This document shows positions 12,861 through 25,651 of a stretch of 64,000 nucleotides of DNA, in pieces. Below the pieces are notes generated by a model that made no database searches, was not told the origin of the DNA, and saw only the letters and a list, made by a program, of their open reading frames with translations. Every line of letters begins with the position of its first letter. Within the stretch, counting starts at the first letter, position 1. The stretch is taken from positions 85,934,001 through 85,998,000 of the forward strand of contig NC_045696.1 of the NCBI RefSeq assembly GCF_009834535.1, read 5' to 3'. The translations under genes and the position numbers were made by a program. Origin of the DNA: Camelus ferus (Eukaryota).

Positions 12861-14479
12861 GGAAAAGCTTTCTTCTTACATGTTGATGTGAAATAAAGGA
12901 ATTGGCATTCTAATCTTAACATACTGTTGTCTGTCATATTTAGAATTCTCAATCATTGTCTTTTTTCAAACAAGAATAAAATTATTTCATAAATGAGATT
13001 TTAAGTTCCTTGGAAAATGCCCAAGTTTTCTCACTCTGAATTCTCAGGAACTGCTATCATGATTCTGAATATGTAGTATAAGTGCTAAATGTTGAAGTAG
13101 AAATAAAAGTTGCCTTGGGCACATGGGTTGCAAGAAAGGCGTTGGCTCTCTCCAGGATGTCTCATCTGTTCTCATTATTTTTGAGTGTTCACTGCAGCTG
13201 CCTGCAGTCAGTTCTTTAGCCTTGGCAAGCACAAGGACTGGATGTATCAACACACTAAGAATAGATTTGTCTCACGAGAGCAGGCTCACATTAACCCAGC
13301 CCCTAGAGACAGATGTTTAATGCCAGAACTCAAAGGTGGATCAGCACATTTTCTTTCCTTCAGCAAGCTACACTAAAGGCCCAAATATGACTAAGATGCT
13401 ATCTGTACATATGCGAGACTGAAAGTCAAATTAAAATCATAAATGTATTTGATGATCTGAATGTGTGTCTGTGATCTGAATGTGGAAAAGCATCATTCTA
13501 CTAAGACAAACTGATTCATTCATATCCCAAATACAGATTTTTCTGCTTCTTAAAGGCTCTTAAGTACCTTGAATGAGCATGTGCAAAATATACTTTTCTG
13601 ATGTTTCCAGAGCCAAGCAGAGCCCTTGTTAAAGAAATATACTTTTCCCTTAAGTATATGAAATAGTTTAATGAGGTTTTAGTCAGTTCTTTCTAAAGTA
13701 ATTTTATGCCTTTAGAATGATTTTCTTCTATCTCTGACATGACTCTGTTTATGACAGTTCAATAATTCAGTTCAAGATGTTTATGTTATTTCTGTTATAT
13801 CAGGGAAAAAGAGCTTATTATTTTAATGGGTAGAATCTAATTTTTACCATTTTTCACCATTTGAGTAGTATTAAACTAATACTTTAGAGTGACAATTACA
13901 AATGTATAGTAGACAATAACTTTTTAAATCCTTGTATTAGGAGCTAGTATTGGATAATAATATTGACTAGTCAAATAGATGAAGGATGAAGAACAGAGCT
14001 TCTCTATAGAGTAGTGCAGTACTTGTTGAGTGTTAGTTATCTGACTTTGTTACTCGTTAGGAAAACATAGAACCATTATGCCAGAATTTTAAAATGTACA
14101 AAATATGGCTTCCAGAAAACTTTTGAAAATTGTCCCTTTTATTTTCTTTGCTTCTAAGTTCCCTTTTATCGAAGGGTAAAGAAAATTATTAGGCCATAAT
14201 ATAGTGTATATGTTTATGCAGGGTACTAATTCAGTTATCTAACACAGCTCCTCATCTATTCCCATGTTGAAAATAAAGTAGAATTTCACTCATTTAAGCT
14301 AAGACAAAATGTTTTGTTCTCAATTAGCTCAATAATGAATTTGGACAAGCTCAGTATTCCAGTGATAATTTTTAATTTTGGCCAGAGATTAAAGGAGGAA
14401 AAGAGTTCCCTTGTGAAAGCAAAGCAGTAGGAAAAAACACAGTGTGGTAGAGTAAAAAAAAAATGAGGATTTTAAATAC

Positions 14480-14650
14480 TCTAGTTCTGTAATGATTGGG
14501 TGACATAGAATTATCTAGTATCTCTGTAGATTCGCCATCTATAAAATAAAGATAATTACGTGCCCCATCCAAACCCCTTGCTTACTGAGGCTAATTGAAA
14601 TAATGCATGTGAAAATAGAGCTTATACAGATGTTGAAGTATTGTTATCAA
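14480..14650 (+). mobile_element. MIR fragment
   Basis: 'catctataaaataaagataat...gaaataatgcatgtgaaa'. Confidence 0.6.
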
Positions 14651-15719
14651 TAACAAAAATAAATTATAACCAATATAATAATAGTAGTCATAATTTTTAC
14701 TAATAATGATGATGATAAAATCAGAGCATCTAGATTATCACAACTCTGAACCTATTTAGTGCAAGGAAAATGACATGAAACTGAAGAATAAGAATAAACA
14801 ATTATATATTACCTTTTTAAAAAATCATCAAAACATATTTGAATGTTAAGCCTCTTGGTTCTTGATGCTTTCAAAATTAGACTTTATGTTGACAAACATG
14901 TTTATAATGAAAGAACAGAATATTTCTGGTTTATTATTTTTGTCATTTTGTCTTAGTTTTAATTTTGTTCATTTTGTTCTAAGACTTAAATCCAAGAGCA
15001 AATAGTTTTTCTTCTTCGGCCCTCCATTTTCTGCAGGCACAGACACACCGATGTCAACTTTAACATAAATGTAGAATGGATTTGATACAGCTTTGCTGCC
15101 AAATGTAGTGGATACAAAGCCTTTCCTTCTTGGTTCACTGCTTATGTATAATGCAAATGCTGTGATAGCTCAGCAAGATATCATAAGGCATAAATGTCAG
15201 ATTGATTCAATTGATAGTATTTGTAATGTTGGATTTTTTCCTTTGAAAGCATAGATGATGAGATGTTCAAAAGATGACTGAGTCAAGCAGCATCCTCAAG
15301 TAGAAATGGTTCCATCAAGAGTGCCATGTAATTATTCCTCTAGTGTCACCTCACATAACCACTGCCAAAATAAGCTCACTAAACATATTTCATCTTGTCA
15401 CTCTTTCACTCAAGGAGCTGCAATGGAGCCATACTGCTTACCACTTCAAGTTACAAATCCATGTTTCATTTGTTTAGTCAACAAATATTTATTGAACTCC
15501 TATTATATGGTGAAACTATTCTAGAGACTAGAAATACAGTAGTGATTAATACAGAAATGCTCAGCAGCCTTGCATTCGATTTACCTAGTTCTCTAGACCC
15601 TACATGCAGTCTACCTGACTCATCTATTACAGCGATTCTGTTTGATTATTTGTGATTCCTGACTACTTTCCGCTTATAAGATACAGATATTTTTTAGTTC
15701 TCTCACTTTCAACGTGCTT

Positions 15720-16835
15720 CTTTTTTCCAGCTTTACTGAGGTATAATTGACAAAATTACAAGACATGTAATAGTACATCATGATGATTTGATATTACAGT
15801 GAAAGGATTCCCCCCTAGTTAATACCCATCTTGTTAATTAATACATCTATACCTCACATATTTAGCTTTTTTTTTTTTTTTTGTGAGAACATTTGGGTTC
15901 TATTCTGTCAGCAAATTTCAATTGTACAATGTTGTCAACTATAGTTACCATGTTATACATAAAATCCTCAGGCCTTATTCATCTTACAGCTGAAAGTTTA
16001 AATGCTTTTACCAAACGCTCCCTCTTTTCCCCACCCCACAACCCCTGGCAACCACTTTTTTACTTCTGTTTATTTGAGTGTGACTTAAAAAAAATATTCC
16101 ACATGTAAGTGATCCCATGCAGTAATTATCTTTCTCTGTCTGGCTTATTTCACTTAGTGTAGTGCCCTCAAGTTCCATCCATGTTGTTGCAAACAGCAGG
16201 ATGTCTTTTTTTCATATGACTATTCCTTTGGATATATATATATACACTGCATATATATCTACACTGCATATATATATATATACACTGCATTTTCTTTATC
16301 CATTCACCCATTCATGGACACTGGGTTGTTTCCGTGTCTTTGCTACATGAATAATGCTGTAATGAACATAAGAATACAGATGTCTTTTGGATATCTTGTT
16401 TTCATTTCCTTTGGACATATACCCAAATGTGGGATGGCTGGATCATATGGTACTTCTATTTTTAATTTTTTGAGGAAGCTTCATACTGTTGTCCATAGTG
16501 GCTGCACCAGTTACATTCCCACTGACAGTGCACAGTGATTCCCTTTTTCCACATCCTTGCCCACAGTTATCTTTTTGATGACAGCCATCCTAACAAATGT
16601 GAGGTAATATCTCATTGTGGTTTAGATTGCATTTCTCTCATAATTAGTTATGTTGAGCATTTTTCCATATACCAGTGGGCCATTTGTATGTCTTTAGAAA
16701 AATGTCTATTCAATTCTCTGTCTAGTTTTTAATTGGATTGTTTGGGCTTTTTTTGCTATTGAGCTATGTGATCTCTTTATATATTTTGGATATTAACTCC
16801 TTACTAGATGTATGATATGCAAATATTTTCTCCCA
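15720..16835 (-). mobile_element. L1 3' end (L1MA-like), non-inverted part of a 5'-inverted insertion
   Basis: T-rich tail then 'ctttactgaggtataattgaca'; ends 'gcaaatattttctccca'. Confidence 0.92.
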
Positions 16836-17029
16836 GACTCCAGCAAAAAATTGTAAAAACTTTTTTTAACAAATTCAGTTAACGTGCAAGATACAAAAGT
16901 AATATACAAAATTATTTTCATTTTTATACACTAATATGAACTACCAGAAAGAGAAATTAGGAAAACAATCCTATTAACAATTGCATCAACAAGACTAATA
17001 AACATAAGAGAAAATTTAACCAAGGAGGT
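16836..17029 (+). mobile_element. L1 ORF2 segment, inverted relative to 15720-16835
   Basis: 'aaattcagttaacgtgcaagatacaaaagtaatatacaaaa...aaatttaaccaaggaggt' is sense ORF2 just after the RT core. Confidence 0.88.
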
Positions 17030-17294
17030 CAGCTTGCTCTTAATCATTGCCTAAAATGCCCATTAATCTTTCTTCAACCCGTCAAACTTATTGCAATTAT
17101 TCTAAAGCCTGTTTTCTTCACAAAGCTCATTTCTAGTTTCTCTACCTCACCTACCTGTGCTAGGGTCACCAACACTCAGTTTATTACTTATTTGTTAATA
17201 TATCCACATCTGTTTATAGTCCCTTTCTAACTAAATTACTGGCTACCAGGGATATGGTCCTATCATTTAAATGTACCTACCTAATTTCTAGGTA

Positions 17295-17726
17295 CAGGCT
17301 TCTCCCACTATCCAAAAGTAGAGCATTCCTCTGAAAACTTTCATAACCCTAAATGGCATGAAACAAAGAAACAATTACCTTAGGACACATCTTGCTAATC
17401 AGTGACCAAAACAAATCAAGATAGAACACAGATGCTCACAGACAGAAGTTCGTAGCTACAGTGGCTCGATGCTGATGTGCTGAGTATAGTTGCCAGGGAA
17501 TCTTGGTGTGAATGGCGGGGTGAATCTCACTGCTGCCAGGAATTGGCACTGCAGGTGTAAAGTCTCACTGTGAAACAAAGGCTGAACATTATTTTCACTT
17601 ACTGGCCTCTGTAAAAGCAAAAATTCCCTTCATATTTCTTCTGGTTAATGAAAACAAGTACTAATATAGGTCTTTTGTAAAAGCAAAGTGATGTAAAGTG
17701 AACTTTCAAAAAGCGGGTGATACTTG
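17295..17726. mobile_element. Tigger-family (TcMar) MITE, Tigger6-like
   Basis: Imperfect 25-bp TIRs: CAGGCTTCTCCCACTATCCAAAAGT versus right-end reverse complement CAAGTATCACCCGCTTTTTGAAAGT; TA on the left flank. Confidence 0.8.
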
Positions 17727-18919
17727 TGTTTACTGAGTATCTAAGGAACATCTCATTCATCTTTAAAAAAGAAAACACTTCCAGTGAACACTATTTATGC
17801 AGATTTATGACAAAACATTTTACTAAAAGTAAATAAATTTACTTATTAAAAGTAAATGTATTTTATACTTTGGGGTTTTCTGATATGCTGTTTTAATCAT
17901 GTACTATAATATAATTAAGAAATAAATATGCCACTTTGACTTTACCATACAGGTTGAAAACATAATAGTTAAAGTCGGACATGCTCTTTTGGGCAAGAAC
18001 TAGTGATTTAATGACGCAGAATGCTTATTTCTACCAAGAAATTTGATTTTTTTTCCAATCTCAGTTTTTGTAAAGATTAAAAAGTCAGATTCATGGGCCT
18101 ACATCCTTAGCCGGTGAACATAGAGGAGTGAAGACATGTCTCAGCTTTGTTAAAGCACATGTGAAGTTGGTCATTGTGTTCTAGTTTAAGAACATTTCCT
18201 TCCCACAAAAATTGCCCATCATGCAGTTTTTCTATTTTATGCATATGCATATGAATTTTTGTTTTTAAAATAGGGTTTTAAATGTGTAAATATTCTCAAT
18301 CAGAAGGATTAGAGGAAATAATTTCTTTTTCAGAGTTTTAAATATTGCATTTAGCATTTGGAAGAAAGCAACATGCAATTGTTTTGAAAAAACAAAATTC
18401 TGACCTAGTTCTGATACTTATGTTTTAGGAAAATTATTAAAGAGTATTTCTACTCTTTCGTGAACTTTTGCTTCTAGGCAACTACAACTATAGCCTTGAA
18501 TTTCCAGTAAAAAAGTGAATTTTAAAATAGTTCTGGTAAATTCTGAATATAGTGCTGTATTGTATTGTCCTAAGTGATTAATAACCATTTTATAATCTTC
18601 ATTTCATTTCTTTCTTTATGAGTAACATCTGTTTCAAAATATGGCATGACTGGAACCTTCCTGTTGAATTGAGTCACTGGGCAGATATTAGCTACAGAAG
18701 AAGAAAGTAGGAAGAGGCAAAATATATATATATATATAAAGAATGTTGTGGAGTTCATTTCCCATAGAATTTCTATTGGTTGAAGATTGCCAGTCTAAAA
18801 GACACACTAACTTTCCTAATGCTATGGTTCAAAGGTTTTACTTCATTGTGCTTTTAAAAACTTTCCTTGGAGCATTTATAGTACATTCCATCTTCAAAAT
18901 AGTTTAAAACTGTCAACTA

Positions 18920-19070
18920 GCTAGTCCTCACAACACCCCTTTGAGGCAGGTAGCCATTATTATTCCCATTTTACACTTAGGATAAAAGGCTAAAATGGTT
19001 AAAAAAGAGTAGTTAGTGACTCAGCCAGAACTCTGAAGCTAAATTCTAGCCTATTACACAGACCTATCCT
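18920..19070 (-). mobile_element. MIR fragment
   Basis: 'cctcacaacacccctttgaggcaggtagccattattattcccattttaca'. Confidence 0.8.
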
Positions 19071-19469
19071 TAACCAGAGTTTTCTTTTAATAGCTACCCT
19101 TATAATCTTGTCGGTTTAGTTAATTCAAACAGTCAGTAAGTAGTAGTTGAGCAGCAACTCAACACCATTTAATTTCTGGATAAATTTGATCTTGCATCCC
19201 CCCAAAAATGATAAACTAATAATACCTGTACCTGTATGTGCATTTGTGCACACACACAGAAACACGTGTATGTACATCATGTATGTCTCTGGAAGATGGC
19301 AGTGATGCAAAGTGTAGACAAATATATTTGATTATTCATAGCAATATGTTTTAAGCTGCATGAGCAAGATACAGTGATTCAAGAGAGACATCTCTTCCAC
19401 CTAAAAATTATCAATGAAAGTCTCATCGAGCAGGTGTCATTTATACTACCTCTGAATATGTATTGCAAT

Positions 19470-19990
19470 TATCTTCTCTTTGTCTCCAATTCTACAACTC
19501 TAGATGCCTAAGTTACTTCTCCCAACTATTCTCTGCTGGTAAAGTCAACACCTGCAGTTCTTCTTATGTGTACCTGCCAACATCATTTTCTAACATCCAA
19601 ACTTAATTATGTACTTTTCTTTGTTTAAAATTCTTCACAGGCTCATTAACAGAGTATGAAAGATCTGCTCTTCTTAAGTAGACTTGGTGACTTTTTATAT
19701 CAGTCAGATTTAGAAAAATGGATCTTGATGGGTAAGATCTAACTTGTTATCCCTGAAGGAAGGTCTCCCTGTCCTTCTTCATTGTCTCCAACTCACTGGT
19801 CCTTGCTCACCTAACAGCGCTGGTACTTTTGCACTATACTTGTGCATACCTTTATAGTATGGCTGACCATGCTCTACAAGAGTCATTTGCTCACTTTCCT
19901 ACTAAGCTGCCAGCCACAGAATATAGTACCTTGTCTGCAAGTAGTAACTTAATAAATACCTATTTAATGTTATTCAAAGAATGAATGATC
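19470..19990 (+). mobile_element. L2 3' fragment
   Basis: Tail 'cttaataaatacctatttaatgttattcaaagaatgaatga'; internal 'tttgtttaaaattcttca'. Confidence 0.5.
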
Positions 19991-21149
19991 TAGTTGAGTG
20001 TAGATGCTCTGTGCACGCCAAAGCATAGGGAATATCTCAGGTAAATGTCCTCAGAGATGATGAGTTCATGACATAATTAGAAAACAGCAGATAATTCTGT
20101 TTGGCAGGAGCTAAACTGGGTTTGAGTAAAGAAGGAAAAGGATAGGGCATGAGAGGTTATTTGGGATCAGATCACAGAGAATTTTGCATAGTGTTATCTG
20201 TTCACAGTTTCCCATTTTTCCTATGACCTGTCTTCTCTTTTACTTTGGTCTAAGTACTCTGTACTTCATTTTTTTTTGCATTCAATAAAGCCTCTATTAT
20301 TCCTTGTAATTGAGTCTCTGCACAGATCAGATCATTCTGGTACTGTCACAAAATGACTTTTTTTTAAAATGACTTCTTAACAGATCTCTATTAACTGATT
20401 CTCGTTCCCTCAAACATTAATTTATCCCATACACACAGACTGCTAGATTAATCTCCCCACAGTACGTCTTTTATCTTATTGTTCTCTACTCTAAAAGAAA
20501 ACCTCATGATTCTCCATTATCTGCACAATACAAGCAGAGTTAATTGATTTCTGCTTTTTCTTTGCCTTTATCTACATTTGTCTAAATACAAAATCTGCAA
20601 AATATTATTGAGCTGGGGGAAATATAGTGTAGTAATATTTTAAAAGAATAATGATTTATCTTCAAGTACATTTATTCTCTGCGTCAAACTAGCTGAAGAC
20701 ATATGGTAAAGAGGACAGACTCTGTGAAGAAAAAAAGTATTATAAACTCAAGGTATGAAAGTCTTATTGAGGGAATATTTAACTTCCTAAACTTCTTTGG
20801 GGCTAAGATTCATTATTAGGAACATACGGTCTTTGTTTATTGGCACAAATAATATGAGTATTTTTAGTTAACCTATTTTACTACCAAAATCTAAATTTAA
20901 GACCATTTATAAAGATACATAGTTTGTCTCTATATCAAATCTTTAACCACTGTTGTTTCTTATTTCTGCATACATAATTAAGTTTCACTTTTTTCTTTTC
21001 TGCTATCAAATTTTTATTTTAGTCATTCAACAGTTTGAGTATGATTGTCATGATGTGGAATGCTGTGTGTTTGTCCTACTTGAAAGGTTTTGAGAATCTT
21101 GGATCTGTAAATCAATTTTTCCCCATTTTAAAGCGAATTTTCGATTTTA

Positions 21150-21785
21150 GACTCATTTTAGATTGAAAGAATTATTAGGAAGATAGTGCAGAGAGTTCTC
21201 GAATAGCCCACATTCAGTTTCTCTCATTAATGTCTTACATAAGTGTATTATATAAGTATGGTACACTTGTCACTTAATGAACCAATATTGATACATTATT
21301 ATTAACTAAAGCCTGAACTTTATTCAGATTTCCTCAGTTTTTCCCTGATGTCCTTTGGCTACATTTATTAGTCATGTCTCCTTAAGACTTCTTGGTCTTT
21401 TTTTAGGTTTTTCTTGTTTTTGATGACATTGATATTTTCAAGAGTTACTGATCAGATATTTTGTGAAATGTCCCTCAGTTAAGATTTGTCTTGTGTTTTT
21501 CCCATGATTGGGATGGGCTTATTCATCTTGGGGAGAAAGATCATAGAGATAAATTACCATTCTCATCACATCACATTAAAGGTATTATCACTGTTGATGT
21601 TAACCTTCATCACCTGGCTTTAGGTAATGTTTGTAAAGTTTTTCCACTCTTTTCTCCTTCTCTTCCCATACTGTATTCTTTGGAAGAAAATCACTACATG
21701 TAGCACACACTTAAGGCACAAGGAGTTATGTTCTACCTCCTTAAGGGTTAGACAACCTACATAAATTATTTGAAATAATGTGCTT
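21150..21785 (-). mobile_element. L1MC/L1MD-type 3' UTR fragment
   Basis: 'aagatagtgcagagagttctc', 'aatgaaccaatattgatacattattattaactaaag', 'gatgttaaccttcatcacctggct'. Confidence 0.85.
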
Positions 21786-21986
21786 GTAAAATCATATATT
21801 TAGAAATGTTTACTCATTATTTATTCAAATGGCTTTCTTCAGTTCTCTCTCTGTCTCCCATTCTTCTAAGACTCCCATTACATCTATGTTATTAAATAAT
21901 GCTTAAGACTGTTTCACAGGCCACTGAGGCTTTGATTTTTACTTCAGCATTTTTTCTCTGTGCTTTATGAGCTGACTAATTTTTAT

Positions 21987-22489
21987 TGTCAATGAAAATA
22001 ATTAGTAAACAATCTATCTTAGGAATAGGAAACAGTTTTATTTGAGCCAAACTGAGGTCGATAACCTGGAAGACAGCCTCTCAGATAACTGAGGAATTGC
22101 TCCAGAGAAGCATGGTTTTCAGCAGTTTCATATCTTGTCAGAACAAAGAACATCAAAAACTCAGGGATACATTCCTTCAAAGTTTAAAAAAAAACCAAAC
22201 AGATCAACATGTACACAGTGAGTCAGTATGGGCTTGGCACCTGGGAAGGGAGTCATCATCGAAGAAGTGTCGTAATTGGGGTCCCCAGAAGGGAGGCATT
22301 TAATCTTTATTTTTAACATGAATAGTCTTCTAGTCAATAAGCCATTTTCTTTAATAACTAAAGCAGATTTACAATGTATGTTTGATAGGTCACAAACAGG
22401 CTGTTTTAGTTAGCATAAAATTCAGCTTAACTCATGTATAAGCCAGAATGACTTTTTCATACCTCAGTATGTGAAAAATTCTTTTATCA
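21987..22489 (-). mobile_element. ERV1-type solo LTR, ~503 bp
   Basis: TG...CA termini; minus-strand AATAAA; R/U5 text 'ttatttgagccaaactgagg' is the reverse counterpart of 'cctcagtttggcttgaataaa' in the LTR at 26439. Confidence 0.8.
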
Positions 22490-22977
22490 CCATCAATCAG
22501 TCTGCAAATATACTGATTTTTTCTTCTTCTGCAGTAGTACGTCTACTGTTGAGACAATCTAGTGAATTTTTTTTTTTATTTTCGTTTTTGTTCAAGTCTA
22601 GAATTTCCATTTGGTTTTCTTCTGTAATTTGTTTCTCTGTTGAAATTTCCTATTTTGATTTATTATCATCACAATTTGCTTTAATTCTTTGAACATATTT
22701 ATAATAACTTCTTTGAAATAGTTGATTACTAATTCAACATCTGTGTCTACATTAGTCAGTTTCTTTTGTCAACATTTATTCTTGAGTTTGGGTCACATTT
22801 TCCTGTTTTCTTGCATGTCTTGTAATTTTTAATTGAAGATTGAAAAATTTAGGCCATATAATACAGGTAATATATCTGTATTTAATTTGATTTTTCTTGT
22901 TTTTAAGTAACTTCCTTAGAATAGAACTGCAGAATCTTTCCCCCCATGGTGTATAGTTACTGATGTTTGCTCGGCTT

Positions 22978-23090
22978 CTTTTTTCTCCTTCCCCTTCTCC
23001 TTCTTCTTCCTTTTCTCCTCCTCCTCCTTCCCTACTCCTCTGCCGCCGCCGCCCCCCCCCCCCCCCCCGCTCCTCCTCTTCTTCTATTAT
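22978..23090. repeat. Pyrimidine-rich low-complexity tract with (CCG)n and a C17 run
   Basis: (CTT/CTC)n, then 'gccgccgccg', then 17 C at 23052-23068. Confidence 0.9.
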
Positions 23091-23661
23091 TGCTTTTCTT
23101 ACTACTGGCTGCGTAGTTTAGTGGTTTCCAAATCAATTTGTTTCCAAGTCAGTTGTATTTTAATTTAAATGCATTTAAATGATTTGTGCAGAGTTTGTGC
23201 TCAAACACTTTAATCCCTTCTTTGGCTCTCATTTCCAGGGTCTTCTTGCTGATTTTTTGGTCTGTCTCCTGCTTATCCCAATTGAGACTTCTTAGGCTAG
23301 CAGAGCTGTGTTTTTTCTCATTCTCATTTTCTACCAAGTTTGTCACTTTTAGCTGACAATACCGCAGGGGTTTGGTGCCCCAACACAAATCAGTTTCACA
23401 CCTCTGGAAGTGAAGGTTCTGGTCTCGTCCCCCTTTCATTTCCCTCCCCTGCAGTTTTTAATGGTACTATTTTTGCCAGCTGAAATGTTGATGGGAGGTG
23501 TTGTTGGGAAGAACCTCAGGCAAGTTGGCAGCAGAGTGCTCTTCTTACCCAAAACTATAATAGTTTTCCAAGAATACACACTTTTCAATTTGTTATCTGC
23601 CTTTGGCAATTTTCAGAGCCAGAAAGAATGGTTTTTGTCAGTTTTTATCCAGTTTGTACTT

Positions 23662-23765
23662 TGTGTGTGTGTGTGCGTGCGTGCGTGTGTGTGTGTGTGC
23701 GTGTGCGTGCGCGCGCGTGCGCGCGTGTGTGTGTGTGCGTGTGCGTGTGTGTGTGTGTGTGTGTA
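23662..23765. repeat. (TG)n/(CG)n compound microsatellite
   Basis: 104 bp of unbroken purine-pyrimidine alternation. Confidence 0.97.
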
Positions 23766-25067
23766 AAGGAATCACCAGCTTCTTCACACTCTCTCAGTGA
23801 AAGTCGTTTTCCAATATTCACACCAGCGGCCACTGCTCCCAGGGCCGCTGCCTCTTCAAGTGACTTCTCCTTAGGGATTGAAAAAGATACTTTATGAATG
23901 TTTTATCTTCAGAATCTGTTGTGATGGACCCTGAAAGTTATTTTTGTAGAACTGATAAGTTTTCTAAAGCATATAAAAGATAAAAGACATCCAATATGAC
24001 TTAACAAAAAATTGCAGTTTGTGCTATGTTGTATAATTTAACATTAATGACACATTACAAAAATTTTTCCCAGGCCTCATGCCATTTAAAATGATCTATT
24101 TGAAATAACACCTGATTATCAATTTGTAATGTGAGTTGCTTATTTACAACAGCTATCAAATCTTAGTGACCAAAGAATTCATGTTAACATCATATTAAAA
24201 TAGCATTTAAATAGTTATTCTTGAGTAGTGCATAATAGGTGTATATATCCAGCGCAGAAATGTGTTTGAGTAGGTGAGAACATGACAAGAGCAGAAAGTT
24301 CAAATTATGTATTTCTAAATGACAAGATAATGTGACTTCAGTATTAGCTTCACATATTCTGTATCTGTGGAATAGGAGTTTTAATGCTTTGCTGTTATTC
24401 TGACTTGGGGATTCAGTAAATTCTAGATATGAGCTAAATATAAGAACACTTAAACTGCCATTCCTCAATTAGATTGTCATGATGAAAACTTTCTTATTTT
24501 AGTTGATACCAGAAACTCTATAAGGGAAGATTTTTTATTTGAAAATATAACTGGATAAGCCATTTACAATATTTCATTGATGCTAAAATTAGTATTTTTC
24601 CTGTTTTAAAATCAACAGATGTTTTACAATTTAAGGTGTCTTAAAGTTAACTTGGTGACCTTTCTTCTTAGCGATGAATGATATGAATTTAAAATCAACA
24701 GCAATTTAGATGAAACATTGATTATGTAAAGTGTGTCTCTATGACTCAGTGAGAATTAAAAGACAATCTATGATACAGCTAAACTCCTCTACATGAGATG
24801 AAACAGGAGTTTGGGGATATGGTTATCAGAGAAGAAAAACAGAAGAGATTGTTCAAGCAACATGGTGGTATAGCTAAAGAACACTTCAGAAGGAGATTGT
24901 CTGAGAATGAGTAGTGCTGGGGGCCAGTGGCTCTGCCTGCCCAGAGGGACTGTTTATGTACAGGTAGGCTGGAATCCATGGTGTCTATGGCTCAGGTGAC
25001 ACAGCTGCCTTCAGGCTGCGCTGTAGATGCCAGTTCCCATCTGTGCCTTTCTCCAGCCTGGCCACCA

Positions 25068-25081
25068 CCACGAGGTGGTAC
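25068..25081 (+). promoter_or_regulatory. CTCF-like core motif
   Basis: CCACGAGGTGGTAC versus consensus CCACNAGRKGGCRS, one mismatch at the GGC cytosine; lies in a GC-rich unique patch. Confidence 0.3.
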
Positions 25082-25651
25082 CCTGGGGCCAGGATGCTGT
25101 TGGAACCACTGCCTGGCTTCTGCCTCCTGAGGAGAGACAGAGGGCACTGAGCAGTGAGGCAAATGAGGGAAGGTTCTATGCCTGCTTGTGCTTGTTTCTG
25201 TGAATAGCCCATGAAGAAAAATGAAACTAAAATTCAGATGAAGAAATCTTGTGAACTTCTCCACCATAAGACATAATTTTTTTTAAATTACCACTCTGTG
25301 CGTAAGAAAAATAAATGAAAAACATTGAGAGACTCGTGGTTAAATATGGTGGAGAGTTCTTTACCTTTGTTTTCTCCAGAACAACTCACTAAAATATCGG
25401 TCAAGAAGTAAAAAAGATATAAACATGGAACAAACAAAAAGAATGAGACTAGAGATATAGCAAAGATGTTTGGAAGCCGCAGAATGGGAAGGAATGGTAA
25501 CAAACCAGAGAGAGATGAAGGTTGCAGGTCTGTGGAGGAGGAGAAGCAAGAAGCAAGCCTGATTTGATCCACAGATCATTCTACCTCTCCTAGAGTGGGG
25601 TGAGGCTGAAAATAGGAGGAGGGGTTTAAAGTCTTCTAAAGCGTCAGATTC

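Larger units (their letters stand above)
21030..23660 (-). mobile_element. Old L1 5' region (ORF1/5' UTR), interrupted at 21150-21785 and 21987-22489
   Basis: Antisense ORF1 text 'agactcccattacatctatgtt', 'cacaggccactgaggct', 'tctagaatttccatttggtt', 'tttgggtcacattttcctgttttcttgcatgtct'. Confidence 0.75.

Noticed and set aside
13453..13484. 13-bp direct repeat TGATCTGAATGTG; also TGTTAAATAAGTTC at 38638 and 38678
   Set aside because: Only two copies each; ordinary local duplications, not a CRISPR-like or spaced array.
23410..23897. Overlapping ORFs with VC/RA/TH repeats (up to 118 aa)
   Set aside because: Produced by the stop-free (TG/CG)n microsatellite.
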